A stretch of 64,000 nt of DNA from a bacterium (GTDB taxonomy: Bacteria; UBA8248). Below the pieces are notes generated by a model. The model made no database searches. It worked only from the letters and a program-made list of their open reading frames with translations, and was not told the DNA's origin. Position 1 is the first letter of the stretch, and every line of letters begins with the position of its first letter. Of the stretch, positions 32,419-41,955 are shown one piece after another. The translations under genes and the position numbers were made by a program. The stretch is from NCBI GenBank assembly GCA_965219955.1, contig OZ244799.1, positions 3,520,001 to 3,584,000 of the forward strand, given 5' to 3'.

Positions 32419-32847
32419 TCAGGCTTCGAGCGACTGCTTTCGGGCCACGAATTCTTCTATCGTTCCGCCTTTGGCGGGGCCGTCGAAAAAGATGTTGGGA
32501 CTTTCGAACGTCGACAGAATCAACGCGCCGTTGGGCGCTGTCGCGACATGGCGGCTGCCGGCCGGCCGCCAGACATATTGTCCCGGCCCGCAGACGCCTT
32601 CATGGTCCTCGAGTGAGCCCTCAAGGACATAGCTCTGTTCCAGTCCGGTATGCTCGTGATCGGGAATCGTGGCGCCCGGCTCCATCTTCGCCAGCATGGT
32701 CAGGACCCCACCGTTCTCGTCCTGCAGCAGAACCTTGACCGAGACGCCCTCGAGCGGCGACGGCCGCCATTCCAGGGAGTCGACGTCGACATAGCGCGAC
32801 GAGAGCTTGTCGATGCCGTCATGGGCATCGGTGTTCGGTGTTTGCAT
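32419..32847 (-). CDS. ChrR-like cupin domain protein
   Basis: GVSVKVL, IPDHEHTGLEQSYVLEGSL, WRPAGSRH; ATG 32847 after GGAGG. Confidence 0.85.
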   Translation of the reverse strand: MQTPNTDAHDGIDKLSSRYVDVDSLEWRPSPLEGVSVKVLLQDENGGVLTMLAKMEPGATIPDHEHTGLEQSYVLEGSLEDHEGVCGPGQYVWRPAGSRHVATAPNGALILSTFESPNIFFDGPAKGGTIEEFVARKQSLEA

Positions 32848-33389
32848 GACCTTTCCTCCCAAATGGTCCCGCCGATATCGAAGATATCGGCAGCGGAATA
32901 TGTCCACGAACGCCATGTGGCGGTTGAAGCATTTACGGGCCGGAACCCTTGAAACGACCTGGGGACCCGTCCATTTCTATCCCTTACACTCTTTCACTTT
33001 GCTGAACCCGCATTTATTCGTGTTCCGCGTCAAGCAGTTTATCCTTCCAGGTAAAAATCGCGGGCTCATCAAAAAGTGGGTACCCTCTCTAATTCATCTC
33101 CTATAATGAACGCATCCATCAAAAAATCAAGAAGGGACCGTCAAGTGCCGGAATGATTCTTGATGCGAGTTTCCTGACCCTTGGAATGAGCCTCGGCTCT
33201 GCCATATGGGCTGAATTGAAGAAAAGGGGGCGGCACATCCCTCTGGAATTGGGTTGCGGACAATCTGTTATTCAGCGAGGAGGAGATGCGCCACCCATGG
33301 GCAACGATCCGGTTTTTCTTTTCCGGGCCGGTCTTTCGTGACGCGTACAGCGACTTGGCACGCGAGGGTACACACCGGACCGGTAGCAC

Positions 33390-33476
33390 GGCGGTGAGAA
33401 TGCTCACCCTGGCGTCCTCGGGCGCGACCATGCCGCCGTCGAGCCAGACCTGGAATCGCTCCGAATCCTTGCTCAT
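33390..33476 (-). pseudogene. N-terminal remnant of a class IV (IlvE-like) aminotransferase
   Basis: AAGGAG RBS, MSKDSERFQVWLDGGMVAPEDARVSILT resembles the IlvE start; similarity is lost after ~29 aa as composition changes. Confidence 0.65.
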
Positions 33477-33501
33477 GCTCCTTCCGTCTCTCTCGGCCCT
33501 G

Positions 33502-35604
33502 TCATGCGGGCCCCCCGCTGCCGCCGCTCCCTGCGTCGTGCGGGGCCGACGCGACCGTGAGGTTCAGGTTGCCCTGCTCGTCGCTGCGGGCGACCTGTCC
33601 GGGCAGCACGACGGTCGTCGAGTCCATCTGCTCGAGGATCGCGGGGCCTTCGAGATCGGCGCCCCGGGGGAGGCCCTCCCGGGCGTAGATCGGACAGTCG
33701 ACGAATCCGCCGAGCTCCGCGAAATGCACCCGGCGCCTCCCTCGCTCCGCCGCGCGCAGGCCGCCGCCCGTCCCGGCGGCGCCCGCGACCGGGGGCGCCG
33801 TCACCCGGGCGAGGGCGGTGACGCGAAAGGTGACCAGCTGAACCGGCGCGTCCGGCGCGTAGCCGTATACTCTTTCGTGCTCGCGCCGGAAAGCGTCGAC
33901 CAGCGCCGGGAGGTCGCCGTCGGCGAATTCCCGCTCCTGAACCGCCACCGTGATCTCGTGGCTCTGTCCGACGTAGCGCATGTCGATGGCGCGTTGCACC
34001 GTGCGCTCGCCGGGCTCCACCCCCTCCCGGTCGAACCATTCGAGCGCCCGCTGTCCGACCTCCGTGAAGGTGGCGTTGATGCCGGCGGCGCCGGTTCCCT
34101 CGAGATCGGCGATCCGCGTCAGGCTGAAATCCGAGCGCACGTCGGCGACGAGGAGCCCGAGCGCGCACAGGAGACCCGGTCCGGGCGGCACCAGGACCCG
34201 GGTCATGCCCAGCTCGCGGGCGAGCGCGGAGGCGAGGAGAGGCCCCGCCCCCCCGAACGCCACCAGGGTGAAGCGCCGCGGATCGAAACCCTTCTCCACC
34301 GAGATCACGCGTATCGCCTGAACCAGGTTCTCGTTGAGGATGGTGAGCACCGCTTCGGCCGCCTCCTCGACCCCGAGCCCCATCGGGGCCGCCACCTCCT
34401 CGGCGATTGCGCGGCGCGCGAGGTCGGGGCGGAGGCTCATGCGGCCGCCCAGCAGGGATTCGCCGGAAAGGCGGCCGAGCACGACGTTGGCGTCGGTCAC
34501 GGTGGGCTCGGTTCCCCCGAGGCCGTAGCAGGCGGGGCCGGGCGCGGCGCCGGCGCTCCGGGGGCCCACGTGCACGAAGCCGCCCGCGTCCACGCGCGCG
34601 ATGCTGCCCCCTCCGGCTCCCACCGAATGCACGTCGACCATCGGAAAGCGGATGGGATGCCCCCGCACCTCCCGCTCCTTTGCGACGAGCGGCCGGTTGC
34701 CTTCGATGAGGCAGACGTCGGTGCTCGTTCCCCCGACGTCGAAGGTGATGACGTCCGGACACCCGGCCCTTCCGGCGAGAAAGCCCGCGCCGGTGACTCC
34801 CGCCGCCGGCCCCGACATGATGCAGCGGCCCGCCATCGCGCCCGCATCCCGAAGCGAGGCGACGCCGCCGTGGGACTGGAGGATCTTCGGGGCCACGATG
34901 CCCAGGGCGCGGGACCGTTCCCCGAGGCGATCGAGATAGCGGCTCACGACCGGGCCCAGCGACGCGTTCAGCACGGTGGTCGTGGTCCTCTCGTACTCGC
35001 GGAACTCGGCCACGACTTCGTGGGATGCGCAGGTGAACGCACCGGGGAGGCGCTCGCGCACCGCGGCCGCGACGGCGGCCTCGTGGGCCGGATTGTGGTA
35101 GCTGTGCAGGAAGCAGACGGCCACCGCCTCCACGCCTTCGCGGCGGAAGTCCTCGAGGATTCCATCGAGCGCTTCGGGGTCCGGCGGCACGTCGGAAGGC
35201 CCGAGGAGGTAGGTGCGCTCCTCGATCTCGCGCCGGAGGCGGCGCGCGACGAGGGGCGGGGGTTTCGGCATCCGGATGTCGTAGTTGTGGGGTTGGCGCT
35301 GGCGGCGGATCTCCAGGATGTCGCGAAACCCTTCCGTGGTGATGAGGCCCGTGACCGCCGTGTCCCCCGTGATGAGCGCGTTGGTGGCGACCGTCGTTCC
35401 GTGGCCGAAGTAGCGGACGTCCCCGGCGCCGGCGGCTGCACGGTCCAACAGCTCCGGAATGCCGGCCGCAATCGCCCGGGAGGGGTCGTCCGGGGTCGAG
35501 GGCGTCTTCAGAAACCACGTCTTGCCGTCCGAGAGGCGGACGAGCGCGAAGTCGGTGAACGTCCCGCCGACGTCGACGCCGAGGACGCAGCGCTCAGGCG
35601 CCAT
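33502..35604 (-). CDS. Hydantoinase A / 5-oxoprolinase ATP-binding subunit
   Basis: GVDVGGTFTD, HGTTVATNAL, SGPAAGV, DVGGTSTD, GAGGGS, FGGAGPL. Confidence 0.93.
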   Translation of the reverse strand: MAPERCVLGVDVGGTFTDFALVRLSDGKTWFLKTPSTPDDPSRAIAAGIPELLDRAAAGAGDVRYFGHGTTVATNALITGDTAVTGLITTEGFRDILEIRRQRQPHNYDIRMPKPPPLVARRLRREIEERTYLLGPSDVPPDPEALDGILEDFRREGVEAVAVCFLHSYHNPAHEAAVAAAVRERLPGAFTCASHEVVAEFREYERTTTTVLNASLGPVVSRYLDRLGERSRALGIVAPKILQSHGGVASLRDAGAMAGRCIMSGPAAGVTGAGFLAGRAGCPDVITFDVGGTSTDVCLIEGNRPLVAKEREVRGHPIRFPMVDVHSVGAGGGSIARVDAGGFVHVGPRSAGAAPGPACYGLGGTEPTVTDANVVLGRLSGESLLGGRMSLRPDLARRAIAEEVAAPMGLGVEEAAEAVLTILNENLVQAIRVISVEKGFDPRRFTLVAFGGAGPLLASALARELGMTRVLVPPGPGLLCALGLLVADVRSDFSLTRIADLEGTGAAGINATFTEVGQRALEWFDREGVEPGERTVQRAIDMRYVGQSHEITVAVQEREFADGDLPALVDAFRREHERVYGYAPDAPVQLVTFRVTALARVTAPPVAGAAGTGGGLRAAERGRRRVHFAELGGFVDCPIYAREGLPRGADLEGPAILEQMDSTTVVLPGQVARSDEQGNLNLTVASAPHDAGSGGSGGPA

Positions 35605-37339
35605 GGTTCGAATCCTGGCGGGCCTCCCGCAAGGCCGCGGTCCGGGAGGCGTCGACGCTTCCGCGGACGAGCGCGACGCCGTAGCTCCGCTCCGCCGCGG
35701 GTGCGGTCACCTTGCCGGCGGCCACGTCGTCGCGCACCCTCTCCGGATCGCGTTCCCACGGGTCGCCGAAGCCGGCGCCGGACGGGGTGTCGACCCGGAC
35801 CGTCGTTCCCGCGTCCACCTCGAGCTCCGAGAACGAGCCCGGAAGCTTCGTCTCGCGGGTTCCGCCCGGGTCCAGAACGAAGGCGCCGGGACACCCCGAA
35901 CTTCCGCCGAACAGCCCGGACGCGCCTCGGGACTGGCGCAGTCCGCGGCCTGCGAGCCTGGCCCGCTCCGCCCAGATGGTGACGTCGCGGCGCGTCGCGA
36001 GGCCGCCGCGATGCCGTCCGGGGCCTCCCGAGTCGGCGATCAGTTCGTAGCGGCCGACGGTCAGCGGGAACTCCTGCTCCACGGATTCGACGGGCAGGTT
36101 GGCCGCGCCCGAAACGTGGACCCGGATCGCGTCTTTTCCGTCGAGGGCGGAAAGCGCGCCGGACGCTCCCGCGTAGGTCTCGTAGTCGACGAAGTACTCG
36201 TTCCGGCGCGGGTCGACGCCGCTGAAGATGAGCCCGTGGAGCGGACCGCAGCCGGCCATCACCCGGTCCGGCGCCGCGTCGGCGAGCGCGCCCAGCAGCA
36301 GGTCGCCGAGCACGTTGCCGGTCGCGCTCCGATCCCCGACGGCGGCGGGGGGGCGGCAGTTGAGGACGGTGCCTTCCGGCGCGGTGACGCCGATGGCGCG
36401 GAAGTACCCGGAGTTGGGCGGCAGCGCCGGGTCCGTCACCGCCTTGACCGCGTAGTAGACGCCGGACAGGGTGGCCGTGAGCGGCATGTTCCGGGCCCCC
36501 GCGACCTGCCCGTCGGTGCCCGTGAAGTCGAAGTGAATGCGATCGGCGCGAATGGTGATCCTGACCCGGAGGCGAACGACCCCGTCGGCCACGCCGTCGT
36601 TGTCGAGGACTTCTTCGTTCTCGTAGGTTCCGTCCGGCAGCCTCGCGATCTCGGCGCGCGTGCGCGACTCGGCGTAGTCGAGGAGCGCTCTAGCGCCCCG
36701 GTGCACGCTCTCGGCTCCGAAGCGGGCAAAGCACTCCTGCACCCGGCGGACCCCGGTGGCGTTGGTCGCGATCTGGGCCCGCAGATCGCCCTCGCGCTCG
36801 CGCGGGGTGCGCGAGTTGAGGAGCACCAACGCGAGCAGGTCGGTGCACAGCTCCCCCTCGTCCAGCAGCTTGACGGGAGGGATTCGCAGCCCTTCCTGGA
36901 AGATGCTCGTGCAGTCGGCGCTCTCGCTCCCCGCCACCTTGCCGCCGACGTCGGAGTGGTGGGCGATGTTGGCGACGAACGCGACCGGCCGGCCATCGAA
37001 GAAGACGGGGCTTGCGAGCGTCAGGTCCGGCAGGTGCGAGCCGCCTCCCACGTACGGATCGTTCGTGAGGAAGCCGTCGCCGGGGCGAAAGCGGTCGAGG
37101 GGGTAACGCCGGGTGATGTTCTCCACGAGGCCGAGGAGCGAACTCAGGTGAACGGGGGCGATGGCGGTCAGGGCGAGGAGGTTGCCCGCGGTGTCGAAGA
37201 TCGCGACCGAGCAGTCGCGCCTCTCCTTGATGTTCGGGGAATACGCGGTCTTGACGAGGGTGGCCATCATCTCGTCGGCCGCGGCGGCGAAGCGGTGCGC
37301 GATGACCTCGGTGGTGATTCGGTCGCAGCCTGGATCCAT
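35594..37339 (-). CDS. Hydantoinase B / 5-oxoprolinase subunit
   Basis: AYSPNIKERRDCS, NDPYVGGGSHLPD, HHSDVGG, DSGGPGRHRGG, GAGFGDP. Confidence 0.93.
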   Translation of the reverse strand: MDPGCDRITTEVIAHRFAAAADEMMATLVKTAYSPNIKERRDCSVAIFDTAGNLLALTAIAPVHLSSLLGLVENITRRYPLDRFRPGDGFLTNDPYVGGGSHLPDLTLASPVFFDGRPVAFVANIAHHSDVGGKVAGSESADCTSIFQEGLRIPPVKLLDEGELCTDLLALVLLNSRTPREREGDLRAQIATNATGVRRVQECFARFGAESVHRGARALLDYAESRTRAEIARLPDGTYENEEVLDNDGVADGVVRLRVRITIRADRIHFDFTGTDGQVAGARNMPLTATLSGVYYAVKAVTDPALPPNSGYFRAIGVTAPEGTVLNCRPPAAVGDRSATGNVLGDLLLGALADAAPDRVMAGCGPLHGLIFSGVDPRRNEYFVDYETYAGASGALSALDGKDAIRVHVSGAANLPVESVEQEFPLTVGRYELIADSGGPGRHRGGLATRRDVTIWAERARLAGRGLRQSRGASGLFGGSSGCPGAFVLDPGGTRETKLPGSFSELEVDAGTTVRVDTPSGAGFGDPWERDPERVRDDVAAGKVTAPAAERSYGVALVRGSVDASRTAALREARQDSNHGA

Positions 37340-37356
37340 GGGCACTCCCCCGACGA

Positions 37357-37580
37357 GCTGCTGTCAGAAGTCGTGTACGGGCTGAATGGAAAAAGGCGGC
37401 GCATCCTGCTGAAACAGGGCCGTCCAAAGCCCGGTCATTCAGCACACGGGAGATGCTCCACCATGAGAGAAGATACGACGATTCCTTTCCGGAATCCAGC
37501 CCTGCGCGACGAGTCGAGCGAACCGGTGCGCGAGAGCGCGCAGCGAATCATCCGCCGGGCGGTGGAAGCGGAGTCGATGC
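37357..37580 (+). pseudogene. IS256-family remnant (left end plus transposase N-terminus)
   Basis: From ATG 37463: MREDTTIPFRNPALRDESSEPVRESAQRIIRRAVEAE resembles IS256 transposase starts; CTGTCAGAAGTCGTGT at ~37361 resembles an IS256-type end; truncated. Confidence 0.55.
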
Positions 37581-37655
37581 GCGCTCTCCTTCCTTCGGGT
37601 AGCAGCCCGCCCCGCCACCGGGCTGAGGGGTTTTGCTTTTTTGCCCCCCTGACAA

Positions 37656-38079
37656 GGGGTTGTTGAAAAAGTTCTGATGAAAGAGGGATTTATTCTGTAG
37701 GGGTCGTTCACCAGAACGACCCGCGTTCGCTAACGGCCCTTGCCGGAGAACCGGGCGCTTCACGAAGCGCCCCTACGACACCCTTCCGGGGAAACCACAA
37801 CACCCGTCATTCCGGCGAAAGCCGGAATCCATTCTGACTTTTCACCGGGCAGGGCGGCCACGACCTTGTAGTTGCGCGGCGTCCGGATGTGGAACCCAGA
37901 GAATTCGCCTTTCGTTTTGTGTTTGATTCCGGTCCTCCCCGCCCGGGCGTAAAGACGTCCGAACGAGGAGGCGAAAAGGCAAAGGCGAAAATGGATTCCG
38001 GCTTTCGCCGGAATGACGGCAAAAACTCGAAACCGGGCGGAGGCGTCACTTCCTCCTCAAGGGATTTTTCAACAGACCC
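37656..38079. mobile_element. MITE-like element carrying a GTAG-REP doublet (37697-37776) and a family A repeat (37805-38018)
   Basis: Ends GGGGTTGTTGAAAAA / TTTTTCAACAGACCC; GACAA duplicated at 37651-37655 and 38080-38084. Confidence 0.7.
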
Positions 38080-38412
38080 GACAAGGGGGGGTAGGGGGGG
38101 TTGGTTTTCAGGGCGAGAAGGGCATCCCGTCCTCCCTCCCCGGGGTGAATGGAATCCGTGCGGCCGGCAAGGGGCCGCCGAGGCCGCAAAGACGCGCTTC
38201 TACTCCCCGCTCAGGAGAGAGAGGCGAACGTGCTCGACAGGCTGCCGGGGCGCGTTCAGTGCGAAGCGAGGCCGATGGCAGCGACTCCCGGCCGGGTTGG
38301 CTACCCATTTCCCGGAATCCCTGTTAAAAGAGCGGGCGTCTTCACGGGCGGCGCATGGTGGATGCGCAGCCGGAACCAGATGTTCACCGCAAACCACGGG
38401 AGGCGATTCAAA

Positions 38413-38883
38413 ATGGCGATTCGGCCGAAGGAACTACCCGAAACCACGGAGAACTGGGCGGAAGCCGACTTCAAGGGCCACTCGAAGAGCGTCGTGACCC
38501 TCATGCGCGGATACACCCTGGTGATGGACGAGCCCAGGCACCTGGGCGGCTCGGGCGAGGGGCCCTCGCCCATGGACTATCAGGTGACCTCGCTGGCGGG
38601 CTGCACGGCGGTGATGCTCGAGAGGTGCGCCAAGGATGCGAAACTCGAGATCGGCTCCCTCAAGGTGAAATCCACCATCGTCTACAGCCCCAGGGGCATC
38701 GCGGGCCAGGAGGACTATCAATCGCACCCGAGCGAGGCGCACAGCGAGATATGGCTCGAGATCGATGCGACGAAAGAGCAGATAGAGGCGCTCAAGGCGG
38801 AGTATTTCCGCAGATGCCCGGTGTACAACCTGTACAAGGCCGGCGGCTGCGCGGTGCGCGACACCTGGCACGTGATCAGGTAG
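38413..38883 (+). CDS. OsmC/Ohr-family protein
   Basis: MDEPRHLGGSGEGPSPMDY..SLAGC and RRCPVYN two-Cys pattern; ATG 38413 after GGAGG. Confidence 0.88.
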   Translation: MAIRPKELPETTENWAEADFKGHSKSVVTLMRGYTLVMDEPRHLGGSGEGPSPMDYQVTSLAGCTAVMLERCAKDAKLEIGSLKVKSTIVYSPRGIAGQEDYQSHPSEAHSEIWLEIDATKEQIEALKAEYFRRCPVYNLYKAGGCAVRDTWHVIR

Positions 38884-38945
38884 CGCGCGAGGCGCGAGGC
38901 GGCCCCGAGAGTCGGCCCGGAGGAAAGAAAAAAAGCCCCCTGACA

Positions 38946-39206
38946 GGGGCCATTGAAAAACCCTGTTTCGGGGTCGGCGGCATGGAGGTTCACGCGGCGC
39001 AGGCGCGATGGTTTTGTAGGGACAGGCCTCCGTGCCTGTCCTCACGAAGGACAACCCCGAAAGGCAGGACAGGCACGGAGGCCACGGACAGGCGCAGGAG
39101 CCTGTCCGCTACGGGCGAATGCGGTTTTGATCGTCATTCCGACAATCAATGCCGACCGACGAGAGAGAAAAATCACTCCCCCCTCGAGGGGTTTTTCAAC
39201 AACCCC
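38946..39206. repeat. Degenerate MITE-like bracket with a GTAG-REP doublet (39016-39112) and a family A fragment
   Basis: GGGGCCATTGAAAAA...TTTTTCAACAACCCC; no target duplication. Confidence 0.6.
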
Positions 39207-39757
39207 ATTTCGGTCGGGGCAGGCTCTCCTCCACCAGTCGAGTTTCACCTTCGGGCACCGGGGCGCGCTCCGCATTTTCCCGCATCTGCCGTCGTGGCGA
39301 AGGACCGGGAACGCGGTAGGATCACGCCGCGGACCGGCCCGTCGAGCCGGGATGGAATTTCCGTAAAATTAGATAAAATCAGATAAATTCACGGGGTTTT
39401 TCGATAAATAAATGAAGAATTTTTTCATGGGATATGGCGCAGCTCCAGCGCAGCGCAGGGGAATTCTGCCATGGCCCGCGCCTCCCTCGATGACGGCAAA
39501 TGCGCGCAAATGCGGGGGCGAAAATCCCCCTCCCGCAGAAGCATCGCGAGGGCACCACGGCCCCGGCGGCGTGCGCGCAGCGGCAGAGGCGGGGACTCGC
39601 GTGGCGCCGCGCTCCCGCAGGGCGAACGGGGAACGACGGCAAGTATTTGATAAAAAATGACTTATCGTACGGCCCTCGAAGTATGCCGCGGAAGATACCA
39701 AGAAGCCTCGTTTTGTGTTTTGATGGGGCTTTACGCGTCAAGCGCGCAGGAGGTCAT

Positions 39758-40147
39758 ATGGAAAAAAGAGTCGTTCATACCGATAAGGCCGCATCGGGCA
39801 AGGTGCCGCTCTCCCAGGCGGTTCAGGTTGGAGAGTGGCTTCACTGCTCGGGGCAGCTGCCCCTCGACCCCGCAACGGGGGAGTTGGTTCCGGGCGGCGC
39901 CGGTGAGCAGACGCGCCGGATCATCGAGAATCTCAAGGCGGTGTGCGAGGCGGGCGGCACATCGCTCGAAAACGCCGTAAAAGTGACCATTTTCATGGAA
40001 GATCTGGCGGATCTGGGGGAAATGAACGCCGTATTCGAGGAGTACTTCGGGACGGAAGACCCCCCGGCGCGCACGACGTTTCAGGCGGCGAAAATCATCG
40101 CGGGCGCGAAACTCGAAATCGAACTGCTCGCGTTCATCCCCCAATAA
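39758..40147 (+). CDS. RidA/YjgF-family protein
   Basis: SQAV, SGQLPLDPATG, MNAVFEEYF, PPART, LEIE. Confidence 0.92.
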   Translation: MEKRVVHTDKAASGKVPLSQAVQVGEWLHCSGQLPLDPATGELVPGGAGEQTRRIIENLKAVCEAGGTSLENAVKVTIFMEDLADLGEMNAVFEEYFGTEDPPARTTFQAAKIIAGAKLEIELLAFIPQ

Positions 40148-40162
40148 AATTAGGAGAACCTT

Positions 40163-40792
40163 TTGGCCACAAGAGCACCCCTGGTCGGGATACTGATGGG
40201 AAGCGCATCGGATAAACCCGTGATGGAAGAAGCCACGAAGGCGCTGGAAGCCTTCAACATTCCCTCCGAGATGAGAGTATTGTCGGCGCACCGCACGCCC
40301 GACGCCGTGCATGAATACGTCAAATCGGCGCCCGAGCGCGGAATCCGGGTGCTGATCGCCGGCGCGGGCATGTCGGCGCACCTGGCGGGCGTCGTCGGAG
40401 CCGCGACGGATCTGCCCGTGATAGGCGTTCCCATCGACAGTTCCTCCCTTGGCGGCCTCGACTCTCTTCTCTCCACGGTGCAGATGCCCCCCGGCATTCC
40501 CGTGGCGACGATGGGAATCGGCGGCCCCGGCGCCAGGAACGCGGCCCTTCACGCCGCCCGGATCCTCGCCTTGACCGATCCGAAACTGGCGAAGGAATAC
40601 CGGCGTTTCGCGCAACAGCAAACCGAGAAGGTTCTGGCCGCGGACGCCGAACTGCAGAAAGAAATTTCTCCGCCACCCGCCCGAACGCAAAAAGACGGTT
40701 CGAAACAACCACAAAATGACGCCGGAAAAAATTCGGGACAAAAAACAAGATCCAAGCGGAGCCGCGCCAAAAGAACGTACCGGAAAAAATAA
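40163..40792 (+). CDS. purE: N5-CAIR mutase PurE with basic C-terminal extension
   Basis: ILMGSASD, SAHRTP, AGAGMSAHLAGV, VQMPPGIPVATMGI. Confidence 0.96.
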   Translation: MATRAPLVGILMGSASDKPVMEEATKALEAFNIPSEMRVLSAHRTPDAVHEYVKSAPERGIRVLIAGAGMSAHLAGVVGAATDLPVIGVPIDSSSLGGLDSLLSTVQMPPGIPVATMGIGGPGARNAALHAARILALTDPKLAKEYRRFAQQQTEKVLAADAELQKEISPPPARTQKDGSKQPQNDAGKNSGQKTRSKRSRAKRTYRKK

Positions 40793-40795
40793 ACG

Positions 40796-41446
40796 GTGAG
40801 CAAAATCCTCCCGGTGGTTCCTGATTCACCAGAAGAAGAAGTCATTCGACAGGCCTGCGAAGAACTGAGGTCGGGAAACATCGTCGCCTTGCCCACGGAC
40901 ACGATTTACGGGCTGTGCGCCTACGCCCTAGATAAAGAAGCCATCAAGAAACTCTATGAAACCAAGGGGAGAAAAGACGAGAAAGGCGCGCCCGTACTCA
41001 TCGGCTGCCAATCCCAGTTAAATGGGCTGGTCCGCGACATCTCTCCACATGCTTTAAGCCTGATGGATTCTTTATGGCCCTCGGGCCTGACTTTGGTACT
41101 GCCGGCATTTCCAAAACTGTCTCCCTTGCTGGGCGAAGGCGGTTCGTCCGTCGCCGTTCGCATGCCCGCTCAAACGCTCTGCCGCACCCTGGCCATGCGG
41201 GTCGGCCCGTTCGTGGCGACGAGCGCGAACGCATCCGGCGAGCCCCCACTCCAAAGCGCACAGGAAATTCTATCCCGATTTCAAAACGAGGCAGGACTGA
41301 TTCTGGACGGCGGAAGGCTTGAAAACACACGGCCTTCCACCGTCGTGGACGCGAGGGGGGCGAAGCCAGAACTCTTGCGAGAGGGCATGGTTGATTTCGA
41401 TTCAGTGGTCCGCGCATGGAACAAAACTCGAGAACCGACGCACTGA
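40796..41446 (+). CDS. tsaC: L-threonylcarbamoyladenylate synthase (TsaC/YrdC)
   Basis: PTDTIYGL, KGR, WPSGLTLV, TSANASG, PSTVVD. Confidence 0.9.
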   Translation: MSKILPVVPDSPEEEVIRQACEELRSGNIVALPTDTIYGLCAYALDKEAIKKLYETKGRKDEKGAPVLIGCQSQLNGLVRDISPHALSLMDSLWPSGLTLVLPAFPKLSPLLGEGGSSVAVRMPAQTLCRTLAMRVGPFVATSANASGEPPLQSAQEILSRFQNEAGLILDGGRLENTRPSTVVDARGAKPELLREGMVDFDSVVRAWNKTREPTH

Positions 41447-41449
41447 ATT

Positions 41450-41749
41450 TTATTCGGGTTCAGGCATATTCAATACGATCCGGCCCTCTCCTTCGACGAC
41501 ACATTGACAAGCCAGGCGATATTCATCCGGATTCCATCCGTAGGCATCCAGGGTATCTTTTTCGTCTTCCTGTTGCGAAGAGAGAAACTCGGCCCCGGAA
41601 ACCACGACAATCTTACAAGTGGAACAGGCGCAATTGCCGCCGCAATCGCAGGTATGATCAACACCATTTTCCAAATCCGCATCCAGAATGGAATCTCCAA
41701 TCTCGGTCTCATATTCGACATCGAGATTTTCATATCGAATAATGCTCAA
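41450..41749 (-). CDS. 2Fe-2S ferredoxin (adrenodoxin/ISC-type motif)
   Basis: CGGNCACSTC...RLACQC; TTG 41749 after GGAGG. Confidence 0.9.
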   Translation of the reverse strand: MSIIRYENLDVEYETEIGDSILDADLENGVDHTCDCGGNCACSTCKIVVVSGAEFLSSQQEDEKDTLDAYGWNPDEYRLACQCVVEGEGRIVLNMPEPE

Positions 41750-41955
41750 CGACCAACCTCCTGAAGAAATGATGAAAAAAATTTCGAGATCGCACACTCA
41801 CCGGAAATGCCGCGAACTCCCATTCGCCAAACGACAGCGGCAAATTTATTACCCTTTTTCACCCCGTTAAACAAGCGCCTCCGACACTCTTCCTGTTGCA
41901 TTTTGGACGATGCCCGGCGCGGACTAACAGATTCCCAGGAAAAAGGGGGAATTGG

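Noticed and set aside
33286-37666. 898-aa and 735-aa plus-strand ORFs and a 681-aa alternate-frame ORF
   Set aside because: Shadows of the very GC-rich hydantoinase genes; only the last ~40 codons near 37463 look like a transposase remnant
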